64,000 bases of DNA from Thermoplasmata archaeon. Lineage in GTDB: Archaea > Thermoplasmatota > Thermoplasmata > Lutacidiplasmatales > UBA184. Positions 55,391 to 64,000 of the stretch are shown here, piece by piece. Location of the stretch: positions 10,260 to 74,259 of the forward strand of contig DAHUYN010000007.1 in assembly GCA_027315165.1 (NCBI GenBank), in the 5' to 3' direction. A program made the translations under genes and the position numbers. The stretch's first letter is position 1, and the number at the start of each line of letters is the position of its first letter. Under the pieces are notes generated by a model. The model had not been told where the DNA came from, searched no databases, and saw only the letters and a list, made by a program, of their open reading frames with translations.

Positions 55391-56383
55391 CTATCCCCCC
55401 GGCCCCGCGAGCCCGACCTCGTCCGGGCGCGCCGGGTCCGCTCCCGCGTCCTCTCGGGGCGGCCCCGTCACGCGCGCCCACGTCGCCTCCGGCGCTCCGC
55501 CGCGCAGGGTCTCGGCGAGGGCCCTCAGGCGTGCCGCGGCCTCCGCGAGGAGCAGCGTCGGGGCTCCGACGGGTTCCCGCGACAGGGCCCGCAGCAGCGT
55601 CCGCGAGCCCCACGAAGGCTCGCGCAGCGCGAGCCCCGCGAACCCGAGCGGAGGCTCCCCCGGCTCCCGGCTGAGCTGGCGGTGTCCCGAGAGGATGCGC
55701 GCCCGCTGCGCCACGAGCGCACGGAACGATCCCGGCAACGTGATCTCGACCTCGGCGTCGCGCGCGTACAAGAGCGAGCCTCGACGACGCCGCAGGGTCC
55801 GGGCGAGGTAGGCGCCGTCGTTCACGACCCCGACCGGCAGCTCCGGGAGCGCGTCGAGCGGCAGGGCCAGAAGCTCGTCCGACAGGTGGTTGCCGCCCCC
55901 GCCGGCGAGAAGGTGCTCGTGGAAGCGGTCGTGGAGCGCCCACAGCAGCCGGAGCGCGCTCGCGAGCGGGCCCCGCTCGTCGGTCGGGACGACCGGACGC
56001 CCCATGATGCCGAACGGTCCGCTCGGCGCCGACTGCGCGGCCCCGACAAGCGCGAGGACGGCGCCCGGGCGGGCCCTCGCGTCGCCGTTGAGGAGGATCA
56101 ACAGGTCCCCCGAGGCACGGCGGAAGACCTCGGCGAGCGCGGCGGACTTGCCGCGCCGTCCGGTCTCGACGACGACCTGGACCCGCGGGTCCGACTCGGC
56201 GGCGCGGCGCGCGTGCGAGACGGTCGCGGCGCCGTCGGGCGAGACCACGACCCAGATCGCCTCCCAGTCCGCACCGGGCGGCATCGCCTGGCCGGTGAGC
56301 GAGCGGACCGCCTCGGCGATGCGCGACCCCTCCTCGAAGCCGACGACGCCGCCGACGAGGCGGCGATACACCGTCGAGGTCAT
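55391..56383 (-). CDS. Glycosyltransferase family 2
   Basis: GVVGFEEG..I, RRGKSAAL, LILLNGD, SDELLAL, VVNDGAYL and QRARI..GH. Confidence 0.85.
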   Translation of the reverse strand: MTSTVYRRLVGGVVGFEEGSRIAEAVRSLTGQAMPPGADWEAIWVVVSPDGAATVSHARRAAESDPRVQVVVETGRRGKSAALAEVFRRASGDLLILLNGDARARPGAVLALVGAAQSAPSGPFGIMGRPVVPTDERGPLASALRLLWALHDRFHEHLLAGGGGNHLSDELLALPLDALPELPVGVVNDGAYLARTLRRRRGSLLYARDAEVEITLPGSFRALVAQRARILSGHRQLSREPGEPPLGFAGLALREPSWGSRTLLRALSREPVGAPTLLLAEAAARLRALAETLRGGAPEATWARVTGPPREDAGADPARPDEVGLAGPGG

Positions 56384-57333
56384 TCCGAGGCGGGTGCCGT
56401 CCAGGACGGCACGCCGTACTGCCGGCGCAGCTCCTCGTAGCGGTCGGAGAGGAAGGCCATCCGCCCCCACGCCGTCACCGTCCGGAACTGGCGCTCGGGT
56501 CGAGCCTGCCGTCGGAAGCGCGCGTTTCGGACGAGGCCCTGGAGCTGAAGGTAGGCGGCGACCGGCAGGAACGCGAGGGCACTCAGCAGGCGGACGCCCG
56601 TCGGGACGGTCAGGTCCTTCGAGGGACCGGAGGTGTCGGGAAGCTGCCATCGGTCGTAGAGTCGAGGGAGCTCGGACCGCATCCACCGCCCGTGCGCGAG
56701 CAGCTCACGGTACTCGGCCTCGCCGAGCATCGGGCGGGCCGAGAGCGCCTCCCGCGCGAAGAGGAGACCCTTCGGCTCGGCGAACGCGGCGCGCGCGGCC
56801 GGCTCGTCGAGGACCAGGTTGAGGCAGGCGGGCGCGGCGCGGGAGCGGCCGCGGACCGACGCGAGGCGGATCCGAAGGTAGGCGACGGCGAGGACCCACC
56901 AGAGCGAGCCGCGGCGGGTGACGAGCAGGAGGTCGAGGTCGTCCCCCTCCATCGGCTCGCCAAAAGCGGTCGAGCCGGTGACGCACAGGCACAGCACCCA
57001 GCGGTGGATCGGGGCCAGCTCCTCGCGCGTGAGGCGGTGGGCCTGCTCGAGGTAGCCACGGCCGCGGTCCTTTCGGGCCCGTCGCGCCGCCTCGGCCGGT
57101 TGAAGCTGGCTCGAGAAGGCGATGCCGTCCACCACCGGCGTCGGAGGCGTGCGCGACCGAAGCCACGCCTCGAGCTCGGAGGGCCGACGGGGCGCGCCGT
57201 CCGGCAGGAGCGTCGCGAGCTCGTCGAGCGCCACGCCCGTCCCATGGAGGCGGGCGACCTCGAGGAGCGCGGCGACACGCTGCTCGGTCGGTTCCTCCGA
57301 GGGATACGGCGGAGACGGAGGGTCCCCGTCCAT
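56380..57333 (-). CDS. Pol-beta-superfamily nucleotidyltransferase-domain protein
   Basis: LCVTGSTAFGEPMEGDDLDLLLVT (GS...DxD), CLNLVLD and LLFAREAL; its stop overlaps the GT2 ATG. Confidence 0.8.
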   Translation of the reverse strand: MDGDPPSPPYPSEEPTEQRVAALLEVARLHGTGVALDELATLLPDGAPRRPSELEAWLRSRTPPTPVVDGIAFSSQLQPAEAARRARKDRGRGYLEQAHRLTREELAPIHRWVLCLCVTGSTAFGEPMEGDDLDLLLVTRRGSLWWVLAVAYLRIRLASVRGRSRAAPACLNLVLDEPAARAAFAEPKGLLFAREALSARPMLGEAEYRELLAHGRWMRSELPRLYDRWQLPDTSGPSKDLTVPTGVRLLSALAFLPVAAYLQLQGLVRNARFRRQARPERQFRTVTAWGRMAFLSDRYEELRRQYGVPSWTAPASE

Positions 57334-57446
57334 CGGCCGTGGAAGCACGGCGGGGATATTTAGGCGCGAGGCGGCTCTCACGCCCCGAGACCGCCGGCGG
57401 CGCCGGCTCCACCGCCCCCGGTCCCCGTCGGCCCGAAGCTCCGCCT

Positions 57447-57665
57447 CTAGGACGAGCGTTTCTCGCGGGCGAGGGCCGCCACGATGGCCGGGATCTCGTA
57501 GTCGAGGTTCTCGACGACCTTGTCCCCGACGGGTCGCCGTTGGAGGACCACGCCGGCCCGGCTGACCAGGAAGAGGTACGACCGGTGCTTCATGTCCACG
57601 CCGAAGCAGACCCCGTGGTTCGAGAAGAGGTACTTGAGGAAGAGGCGCTCGGAGTAGATCTTCAT
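57447..57665 (-). CDS. Small hypothetical protein (72 aa)
   Basis: ATG ORF 6 nt downstream of the preceding gene, with host codon usage. Confidence 0.7.
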   Translation of the reverse strand: MKIYSERLFLKYLFSNHGVCFGVDMKHRSYLFLVSRAGVVLQRRPVGDKVVENLDYEIPAIVAALAREKRSS

Positions 57666-57671
57666 CGGGGG

Positions 57672-58826
57672 TCACCGTCCGTCCGGGAGCGTCAGCGACG
57701 CCATCGCCCCGACGCTGTACCCCGTCGTCTCGTTGAGATCCCCCTGCCCGACGAGGAGCAGCGTCATCGGGCCGAGCCACGGCGCCCAGCCCGCGAACTG
57801 GACCTGGCCGCCGGCGAACGAGGCGGGGAGCTGCGACGAGAGGTCCGTGACGACGCCGAGGTCCGGTGAGACGAGTACGAGCTGGGGCGTCGAGCCGGTG
57901 GCGCCGCCGCTCCCCTTTCCGACGACGACCCATCCCGTCGGGGTCGAGACGACGCCGCTGGCCCATCGGTCGAAGGTCGGGGGAAGCGCCGGTCCTTGCC
58001 GCACCGTCGTGCCGTCGACGACGACGAGAGCCGCCGGAGCCCCGCCCCCGACGAGCCAGGCCGACCCGTTCCAGTCGGCTCCGAAGACACCGCCCGTCGC
58101 GAACGGGGTGGCAACGAGGAGGTCGGTGTACCGTCCGCCCGCGAGAGCTCCGAAGACGCCCTTCCCTCCGACGAGCCATCCGGTGCCGTTCCAGACGAGC
58201 AGTTGGATGAACCCGCCTCGCGGGTTGTGGGGCAGGAGGCCGGTGAGGTCGGTCGCCGTCCCGCCGCTCCACGCGACCATCGACGCGCCGCTCGAGCTGT
58301 TGCCCGCGAGAAGCCAGGCGGTCCCGTTCCAGCCGACCGCCCAGATCCCTCCGTCGTGGAAGTACGACGCCACGCGGGGGGTCAGGTTCTCCAAGAGGTC
58401 GCCGTGGAGGGCGTAGAGGACGCCGCCGCTCGTCGCCCCCCAGGTCGCCTCTCCCGAGAGCATCCAGGCGCTCCCGTTCCAGACGGTGCCGAAGACGCCC
58501 CCGTGCCGGAACGCCTCGGCGACGGTCGGCGTGACGTTCGTCACGACGCCGAGATCGGTGAACGCGGCGAGCTCCGGGTCCGTCTGGTCGATCGCCTTGT
58601 TCCACGCCGAGATCCCGGCGAGGAAGCCGCCCGAGCCGTTGTAGCCGAAGCCCTGGATCGCGCCCGGATGGAACGTCCCGACGAGGAGCGGCGTGAGGTC
58701 GGCGACGCGAGGAGCGGCGACGGGCGAGACCGAGGCGGCGCGCTCGTTGCCGGCGATCGCCCCCGCGAGCGCGGCGGCGACGAGAACGACCACGAGGAGG
58801 CTCGTCGAGGCTTCTCGAGAGACCAT
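57672..58826 (-). CDS. Secreted protein with repeated WNGS/T-xW-L-x-GG blades (probable beta-propeller)
   Basis: Signal/TM; repeats YNGSGGFLAG, WNGSAWMLSG, WNGTAWLLAG, WNGTGWLVGG and WNGSAWLVGG, each with TNVT/ENLT/TDLT motifs. Confidence 0.75.
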   Translation of the reverse strand: MVSREASTSLLVVVLVAAALAGAIAGNERAASVSPVAAPRVADLTPLLVGTFHPGAIQGFGYNGSGGFLAGISAWNKAIDQTDPELAAFTDLGVVTNVTPTVAEAFRHGGVFGTVWNGSAWMLSGEATWGATSGGVLYALHGDLLENLTPRVASYFHDGGIWAVGWNGTAWLLAGNSSSGASMVAWSGGTATDLTGLLPHNPRGGFIQLLVWNGTGWLVGGKGVFGALAGGRYTDLLVATPFATGGVFGADWNGSAWLVGGGAPAALVVVDGTTVRQGPALPPTFDRWASGVVSTPTGWVVVGKGSGGATGSTPQLVLVSPDLGVVTDLSSQLPASFAGGQVQFAGWAPWLGPMTLLLVGQGDLNETTGYSVGAMASLTLPDGR

Positions 58827-58924
58827 CGACCGGGGGAGGGGCGGCCTCGGAAAAGCTTCGCGGCGGCCCGGAGCCGGCCGGGGACGGGCACACGCTTAAC
58901 TCGCTCGAAGCCCTCGTGCGCAGG

Positions 58925-59716
58925 ATGGCCGACCCGATCGTGACGACCCGGCGGGGGAGCGTTCTCGAACTGCGCCTGAACCGACCCGAACGGCTCAACG
59001 CCTTGGACGTGCCGACGTTCCGGGCCCTTCGGACCGCCCTCGAGGACGCCGCGCTCGACCGGTCCGTCCGCGCCGTCCTCCTCACGGGCGAGGGGCGGGC
59101 CTTCTGCGCGGGGGGCGACGTGCAGACAATGGACGAGCATCGAGAGCGGGGCGAGCTGCCCCGGCTGTTCCACGAGCTCACCGGCGAGCAGGAGCGCTCG
59201 GTGCGCGAGATCCTCCAGATGCCAAAGCCGGTCGTCGCCGCGCTCCCCGGCGTCGCGGCCGGCGGCGGGCTCTCGCTGGCCCTCGCCGCCGACTGGCGGA
59301 TCGCGGCCCCCTCCGCGGTGCTCGTCCCGGCGTTCCCCGCTCTCGGAGCGGTCCCCGATGGCGGTCTCACGTACTTCCTGCCCCACTTCCTCGGCCTCGG
59401 GCTCGCGCAGGAGCTCTTGTTCACGAACGCCCGCGTGCCGGCAGAGCGCGCGCGCGAGCTCGGCCTCGTGCACGAGGTCGTGGCCTCCGAGCGCCTCGGC
59501 GCCCGCGCCTGGGAACGCGCCGAGGAGCTCGCCCAGGGCCCCACGTTCGCCTACGGCTGGATGAAGCACCTTCTCGTCTCGGCGTTCTCCGAGAGCCTCG
59601 AGACACAGCTCCAGCTCGAGCGCCGCGGCGCGGTCGCGGCGGCCGAGAGAGGCGAGCTCCCCGAGGGGATCAGCGCGTTCCGCGGGAAGCGTCCGCCGAA
59701 GTTCCCGCCGCCCTGA
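58925..59716 (+). CDS. Enoyl-CoA hydratase/isomerase family protein (PaaG-like)
   Basis: LNRPERLNAL, FCAGGDV, AAGGGLSLALAAD and GAVPDGG (Asp type, no catalytic Glu pair). Confidence 0.88.
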   Translation: MADPIVTTRRGSVLELRLNRPERLNALDVPTFRALRTALEDAALDRSVRAVLLTGEGRAFCAGGDVQTMDEHRERGELPRLFHELTGEQERSVREILQMPKPVVAALPGVAAGGGLSLALAADWRIAAPSAVLVPAFPALGAVPDGGLTYFLPHFLGLGLAQELLFTNARVPAERARELGLVHEVVASERLGARAWERAEELAQGPTFAYGWMKHLLVSAFSESLETQLQLERRGAVAAAERGELPEGISAFRGKRPPKFPPP

Positions 59717-60329
59717 GGGCGAGCGAACCTTCCGGCCAGGGCCGGTCGCGCAGCGCCTCGAGCCGCGACCGAGCGCGGGGCCATTCGCGCGCGACGAGGC
59801 TGTAGATGGCGCTCGAGCGGACGTAGCCGTCGGGCATCACCATGTGGTCGCGGAGGACGCCCTCGCGCTCGGCGCCGAGTCGCTCGAGCGCGGCCTGCGA
59901 GCTGAGGTTCCGCAGGTCCGTCTTGAACTGGACCCGGTTCGCGCCCTCGACCTCGAAGGCGTGGCGCAGGAGGAGGAGCTTGGCCTCGGTGTTCACCGGG
60001 GTGCGCCGGAACGGACGGCCGTACCAGGTCCCGCCGATCTCGAGCCGCTTGTGCTCGCGGTCGATCTCGAGGTAGCGGGTCATCCCGATCGGAGGGCCAT
60101 GGCCGGCGAGCTCGACCGCGAAGACGAGGTCGGTGCCGCGGGCCTCCCGCTCGAGCAGCGTGTCGATCAGCCGCGCCATCGAGGGGGCGTCCGGGCACGC
60201 CGGGTACGGCAGGTAGCGCCAGACGTCGGCGTCGTCGCCCCAGCGCGCGAGGCCGTCCGCCTGGCTGCGCTCGAGCGGGACGAGGTCGACCCAGCGGCCC
60301 GCGAGCCGCACGGGCGCTCGCAGCTCCAT
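59670..60329 (-). CDS. GNAT RimJ/RimL-family acetyltransferase
   Basis: LEIGGTW, NTEAKLLLLRHAFE, RVQFKTD.RN..SQAALERLGA.REGVLR. Confidence 0.9.
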   Translation of the reverse strand: MELRAPVRLAGRWVDLVPLERSQADGLARWGDDADVWRYLPYPACPDAPSMARLIDTLLEREARGTDLVFAVELAGHGPPIGMTRYLEIDREHKRLEIGGTWYGRPFRRTPVNTEAKLLLLRHAFEVEGANRVQFKTDLRNLSSQAALERLGAEREGVLRDHMVMPDGYVRSSAIYSLVAREWPRARSRLEALRDRPWPEGSLALRAAGTSADASRGTR

Positions 60330-60475
60330 CGCGACGGGGAAGGCCCCGAACCGTCCATAACGCCGCCGCTCCGACGACTGGGACGCCCTCGCACGGCTCG
60401 GGCCGCGCGAGGGTTAAATAAGGTCGGAAGGTCGAGGCCGCCGGCGGTGGCGGGGAGGGCCACGCGAGGGGTACT

Positions 60476-60841
60476 ATGGAAGCCGGAACCGTCACGTTCC
60501 TCGCCTTCGTCGCCGTCGCCTCCGTCTTCGGCGGCGGCTCGCTCTACGCGAACCGGATGCTCGGAGCGCGTGCCCGTCGCTCCTACCTGCAGAAGACGAC
60601 CTACGAGTGCGGCGAGGAGGCGGAGGGGGAGGCGCAGATCGACTTCCCGACGCAGCACTACACCTTCGCGATCGTCTTCGTCGCCGTCGACGTTCTCGGC
60701 TTCGTTCTCGCTCTCTGGGGCCTCACGTTCCGCGGCATCAACTCGGCCTACGGGCCGACCCTGATCGCCTTCGGGTTCACCGCCCTCGCGCTCGCCGGCA
60801 TCTACTACGCCCTCCAGGGGGAGCGCAGGTGGGTCCTGTGA
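60476..60841 (+). CDS. nuoA: Complex I-like subunit A
   Basis: TTYECGE loop, [10 protein letters not shown] and three TMs. Confidence 0.9.
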   Translation: MEAGTVTFLAFVAVASVFGGGSLYANRMLGARARRSYLQKTTYECGEEAEGEAQIDFPTQHYTFAIVFVAVDVLGFVLALWGLTFRGINSAYGPTLIAFGFTALALAGIYYALQGERRWVL

Positions 60842-61440
60842 GCACGCCCGTCGTGACGCCGAGGCCGCCGCCCGCGCCGACCGGCCCCGAGCTGCCGATG
60901 GCCTCGCAGCCGGCCGTGCCCTTCCTGGAGATCGAGACCCTTCGCGCGCGGGAGTTCCTCCCGGCGGCGAAGGAAGCGCTCTCGGCGATGGTCCAGGAGC
61001 AGGCCCAGGGCAAGCTGATCCGCCCGGTCTTCAACTGGGCGGGCCGCAACTCGCTCTTCCCGCTCCACTGGGGCCTGGCCTGCTGTGCGATCGAGTTCGC
61101 GGCCGCGTTCGGGGCGCGCTGGGACGCCGAGCGGTTCGGCGTGCTCCCGCGCTCCTCCCCGCGCCAGAGCGACCTCCTGATCGTCAACGGCACCGTCACC
61201 TGGAAGGTGGCGCACAAGCTGATCACGCTCTACGAGCAGATGCCGGAGCCGAAGTGGGTCATCGCGATGGGCAACTGCGCCACGGGCGGCGGCCCGTTCC
61301 GGACCGCCTACTCCGTCGTCCCGGGCGTTAACAAGCTCGTGCCCGTCGACGTCTACATCGCGGGGTGCCCTCCGCGCCCCGAGGCCCTGCTCGACGGGAT
61401 CCTGACGCTAGAGACGCTCATCCGGGAGCGCGGCGAGTAG
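60838..61440 (+). CDS. nuoB: Complex I-like subunit B
   Basis: [29 protein letters not shown] and [13 protein letters not shown]. Confidence 0.95.
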   Translation: MSTPVVTPRPPPAPTGPELPMASQPAVPFLEIETLRAREFLPAAKEALSAMVQEQAQGKLIRPVFNWAGRNSLFPLHWGLACCAIEFAAAFGARWDAERFGVLPRSSPRQSDLLIVNGTVTWKVAHKLITLYEQMPEPKWVIAMGNCATGGGPFRTAYSVVPGVNKLVPVDVYIAGCPPRPEALLDGILTLETLIRERGE

Positions 61441-61471
61441 GCCCGAGGGCCTGAGCCATCGTGAGGGGCAG

Positions 61472-61948
61472 TTGAAGCCGGAGGAGTTGAAGGACAACCT
61501 GGCCGAGCTCCTCGGCCCGAGGCTCCTCGCGGTCGAGCCGTTCGCGGGGATGGCCGGCCGGGTCCGCTTCGAGCGGACCGCCGCGCTCGAGCTCTTCCGG
61601 CACGTCCGCGAGGTGCTCGGCTACCGGCATCTCTCGATGGTCGGCGGGATCGACTGGGTCGACCACCGGGAGGTCTTCTACGTCGCCTGGTCCGACGAGC
61701 GCAAGGAGTACGTCCTCCTGTCGACGGACGTCCCCGCCGACGACCCCCACCTCGAGAGCGCGGCCCCCGTGTGGACGGCCGCGGTCTGGCACGAGCGAGA
61801 GGCGTTCGAGCTCGTCGGGATCCTCTTCGACCACCACCCGGACCTGCGCCGGCTGCTCACCCCCGAGGGCTACGCGTTCCATCCGCTCCTCCGCTCGTTC
61901 AAGCTCCACGAGCCCGAGGACCTGGAGGTGAAGACCCGGAATGTCTGA
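61472..61948 (+). CDS. nuoC: Complex I-like subunit C
   Basis: WHEREAFELVGILFDHHPDLRRLL...HPLLR. Confidence 0.92.
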   Translation: MKPEELKDNLAELLGPRLLAVEPFAGMAGRVRFERTAALELFRHVREVLGYRHLSMVGGIDWVDHREVFYVAWSDERKEYVLLSTDVPADDPHLESAAPVWTAAVWHEREAFELVGILFDHHPDLRRLLTPEGYAFHPLLRSFKLHEPEDLEVKTRNV

Positions 61949-63086
61949 GATGTGGGTCAACATGGGGCCGCAGCACCCCATGACGCATGGGCTGTGGAAC
62001 CTCAAGGTCCGGATCGACGGGGAGATCATCGTCGACGCCGACCCCGAGATGGGCTACCTCCATCGCGGGATCGAGAAGATCAGCGAGGACCGCCACTACA
62101 ACGAGGTCGTCACGCTGATGGACCGGACCTGCTACGTCGCCGGCCTCAGCTGGGAGACGCTCTACATCACGGCCGCGGAGGCGGCGCTCCACATCGAGGT
62201 CCCCGAGCGGGCCCGGTGGATCCGGATGCTCACCGACGAGCTCCAGCGGATCGGCTCGCACGTGATGTGGTACGCCGCGTTCGTCCAGGACATCGGGCTG
62301 ATGACCCCGTTCCTCTACGGCATGCGGGACCGCGACCTGATCCTCGACCTCTTCCAGAGCTTCACCGGCGCGCGGATGACCTATGAGTACAACCGGGTCG
62401 GTGGGGTGCGGAACGACCTCCCCAACGGGTTCACGGACCGGGCACGCAAGGTGATGGACTGGCTGATGCCGCGGTTCGACGAGTACGACGCGCTCTGCCT
62501 CGGCTCGGACATCTTCCACCGCCGGTGCGACGACCTCGGCCGCCTCTCCGCGACCGAGTGCATCGACCTCGGGATCACCGGCCCGATGCTCCGCTCCGCG
62601 GGGCTCGCTCGCGACCTGCGCAAGGACCGGCCGTACCACCGCTACGACCAGGTCGACTTCGACGTCGCCACCGCGACCGCGGGCGACGTCACCGCGCGCT
62701 ACCTCGTCCGCATGGAGGAGCTTCGCCAGTCCGTGCGGATCGTCCGCCAGTGCCTCGACTGGCTCGACAAGCACCCGGGGTCGGTGCTCGCGCAGGAGCT
62801 TCCGCGATGGCTCGGGGCGCCCTACGCGCCGGTCGGCGCCGAGGGCTACCTCCTCAAGCGCCGGTATCCGAGCGGCACCGGGTTCTCGGCCGTCGAAGAG
62901 CCGCACGGCGAGGCGCAGGCCTACGTCGTCAACACCGGCGGGGAGCACCCGTACCGCGTGAAGTTCCGTTCGCCGGTCTTCGCGAACATGAGCGGCGCGA
63001 AGAGCTACCTCGTCGGCTACCACGTCGCCGACATCCCGCCGATCATGGGCAGCGTCGACATCTGCGTCGGGGAGGTCGACCGCTAG
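61941..63086 (+). CDS. nuoD: Complex I-like subunit D (FpoD-like)
   Basis: NMGPQHPMTHG, GYLHRGIEK, ELQRIGSH, TGPMLRS and DICVGEVDR. Confidence 0.95.
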   Translation: MSEMWVNMGPQHPMTHGLWNLKVRIDGEIIVDADPEMGYLHRGIEKISEDRHYNEVVTLMDRTCYVAGLSWETLYITAAEAALHIEVPERARWIRMLTDELQRIGSHVMWYAAFVQDIGLMTPFLYGMRDRDLILDLFQSFTGARMTYEYNRVGGVRNDLPNGFTDRARKVMDWLMPRFDEYDALCLGSDIFHRRCDDLGRLSATECIDLGITGPMLRSAGLARDLRKDRPYHRYDQVDFDVATATAGDVTARYLVRMEELRQSVRIVRQCLDWLDKHPGSVLAQELPRWLGAPYAPVGAEGYLLKRRYPSGTGFSAVEEPHGEAQAYVVNTGGEHPYRVKFRSPVFANMSGAKSYLVGYHVADIPPIMGSVDICVGEVDR

Positions 63087-63090
63087 CGCG

Positions 63091-64000
63091 ATGGCGACGA
63101 CCCTCTATTCCGTCTCCGACGCCATCTCGAGCCTCCTCCTCGGCGCGGTCGGGTCGATCTTCCCCGAGCCCGTCCACGGTTGGCTCACCTCGACCGATGT
63201 CGTGACGGGGCTCGCGGTCCTGATCTTCTGCGCGATCCTCCTCGTGGCGAGCATGATCAACACGATCATGCTGATCTGGTTCGAGCGCAAGCTGTTGGGC
63301 CGGTTCATGGACCGGCGCGGCGCGATGCACGTCGGCTACGCGGGTCTCCTCCAGAACTTCGCGGACGGGCTCAAGCTGTTCCGCAAGAACACGTTCATGC
63401 CCCGGGAGGCCGACCGCCTGGGCTACTTCACGGGGCCGACCGCCTACATGGTCACCTCGATGATCCTCTTCGGGATCCTCCCCGTCTCCTCGGGGTGGAA
63501 CGGCGGCTCGCTTCCGCTGAGCCTCCTCCTCGCGCTCGCCGTCTTCTCCTTCGCGCCCCTGTTCATCTTCGTCAGCGCCTGGTCGAGCAACAACAAGTAC
63601 TCCCTGCTCGGCGGCATGCGATCGGCCGCCCAGATGATCGCCTACGAGGTCCCGATCCTCCTCGCGGTCGTCGCGGTCGTGATCCTCGCCGGGAGCTTCG
63701 ACCTCAACACGATCGTGCTCGAGCAGCAGAACTACTGGTTCTGGGGGCCGCTCGTCGTCGCGCTGTTCGTCTTCTTCGTCGGGATGCTCGCGGAGATGGA
63801 GCGCATCCCGTTCGACCTTCCCGAGGCCGAGGCGGAGCTCGTCGAGGGGTGGAACACCGAGTACGGCGGGATGCTGTTCGCCTTCTTCATGCTCGCCGAC
63901 TACGTCCGGGCCCTCATCGGCAGCCTCCTCGTCGTCCTCCTCTTCCTCGGGGGCTGGACGATGCCGAGCTACGTCCCCACCGCGCTCACGTCGTTCCCGC
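63091..64000 (+). CDS. nuoH: Complex I-like subunit H (runs off the window end)
   Basis: ERKLLGRFMDRRG, GLLQNFADGLKL, SNNKYSLLGGMRSAAQMIAYE and RIPFDLPEAEAELVEGWNTEY. Confidence 0.95.
   Translation, partial: MATTLYSVSDAISSLLLGAVGSIFPEPVHGWLTSTDVVTGLAVLIFCAILLVASMINTIMLIWFERKLLGRFMDRRGAMHVGYAGLLQNFADGLKLFRKNTFMPREADRLGYFTGPTAYMVTSMILFGILPVSSGWNGGSLPLSLLLALAVFSFAPLFIFVSAWSSNNKYSLLGGMRSAAQMIAYEVPILLAVVAVVILAGSFDLNTIVLEQQNYWFWGPLVVALFVFFVGMLAEMERIPFDLPEAEAELVEGWNTEYGGMLFAFFMLADYVRALIGSLLVVLLFLGGWTMPSYVPTALTSFP

Noticed and set aside
56380-57333. CBASS/CD-NTase or MNT-HEPN defence system
   Set aside because: No effector, HEPN or Cap-like neighbour is recognisable; the context is glycosyl- and methyltransferases.
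56380-59544. 1054-aa minus-strand ORF suggesting a giant fusion
   Set aside because: Only the last ~317 aa (from ATG 57333, with its own TATA) are protein-like; the rest overlaps other real genes.
61941-63086. Group 4 NiFe hydrogenase large subunit
   Set aside because: Only one Cys remains in each of the two CxxC motifs, and NuoB has the tandem CC of complex I.
190-63330. Numerous long Arg/Pro/Gly-rich alternative-frame and antisense ORFs in the track (e.g. 10886-13504, 13404-15560, 37877-40192, 43778-45847)
   Set aside because: Shadow ORFs caused by very high GC and scarce stop codons; they overlap genes with clear family motifs.
1-64000. Very frequent CTCGAG/GTCGAC/TCGA words
   Set aside because: Explained by codon usage (CTC/GTC followed by GAG/GAC), not a dispersed repeat element.
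1-64000. tRNA, rRNA, transposase or integrase genes
   Set aside because: No cloverleaf/T-loop signature in the short intergenic gaps and no DDE or tyrosine recombinase motifs recognised by eye; a covariance-model scan would be needed to exclude small RNAs.

Overview
Very GC-rich archaeal chromosome segment, most consistent with a Thermoplasmatota lineage (inference). Support comes from the archaeosine TGT, Taw1, Trm5, Kae1, geranylgeranyl reductase, Sec61-beta, FEN1, PriS, Rio1, a PAC2 chaperone, and an Fpo-like nuoABCDH operon with no nuoEFG. The window is densely coding with about 55 genes: tRNA modification, a Cu-export pair, a cbs-cgl-cysS reverse-transsulfuration operon, ahcY-gcvH, ppsA, apgM and beta-oxidation enzymes, plus several large surface proteins. 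I saw no rRNA, tRNA, CRISPR array or transposase. The most unusual items are: (1) a CdrS-like ribbon-helix-helix gene followed by an FtsZ/tubulin-family protein that keeps the GTPase domain but lacks the T7 loop and C-terminal domain, with a repeated operator-like motif upstream; (2) a 406-aa bactofilin-like beta-helix repeat protein coupled to a winged-helix regulator; (3) a nucleotidyltransferase-GT2-(decayed DUF2079-like)-split-barrel/methyltransferase cluster; (4) a BlaI/BlaR-like pair divergent from the cysteine operon; (5) a CysRS with Asp in place of a zinc-ligand Cys. All calls come from motif recognition by eye; no database searches were run. Many start codons were re-picked from TATA spacing and are approximate.
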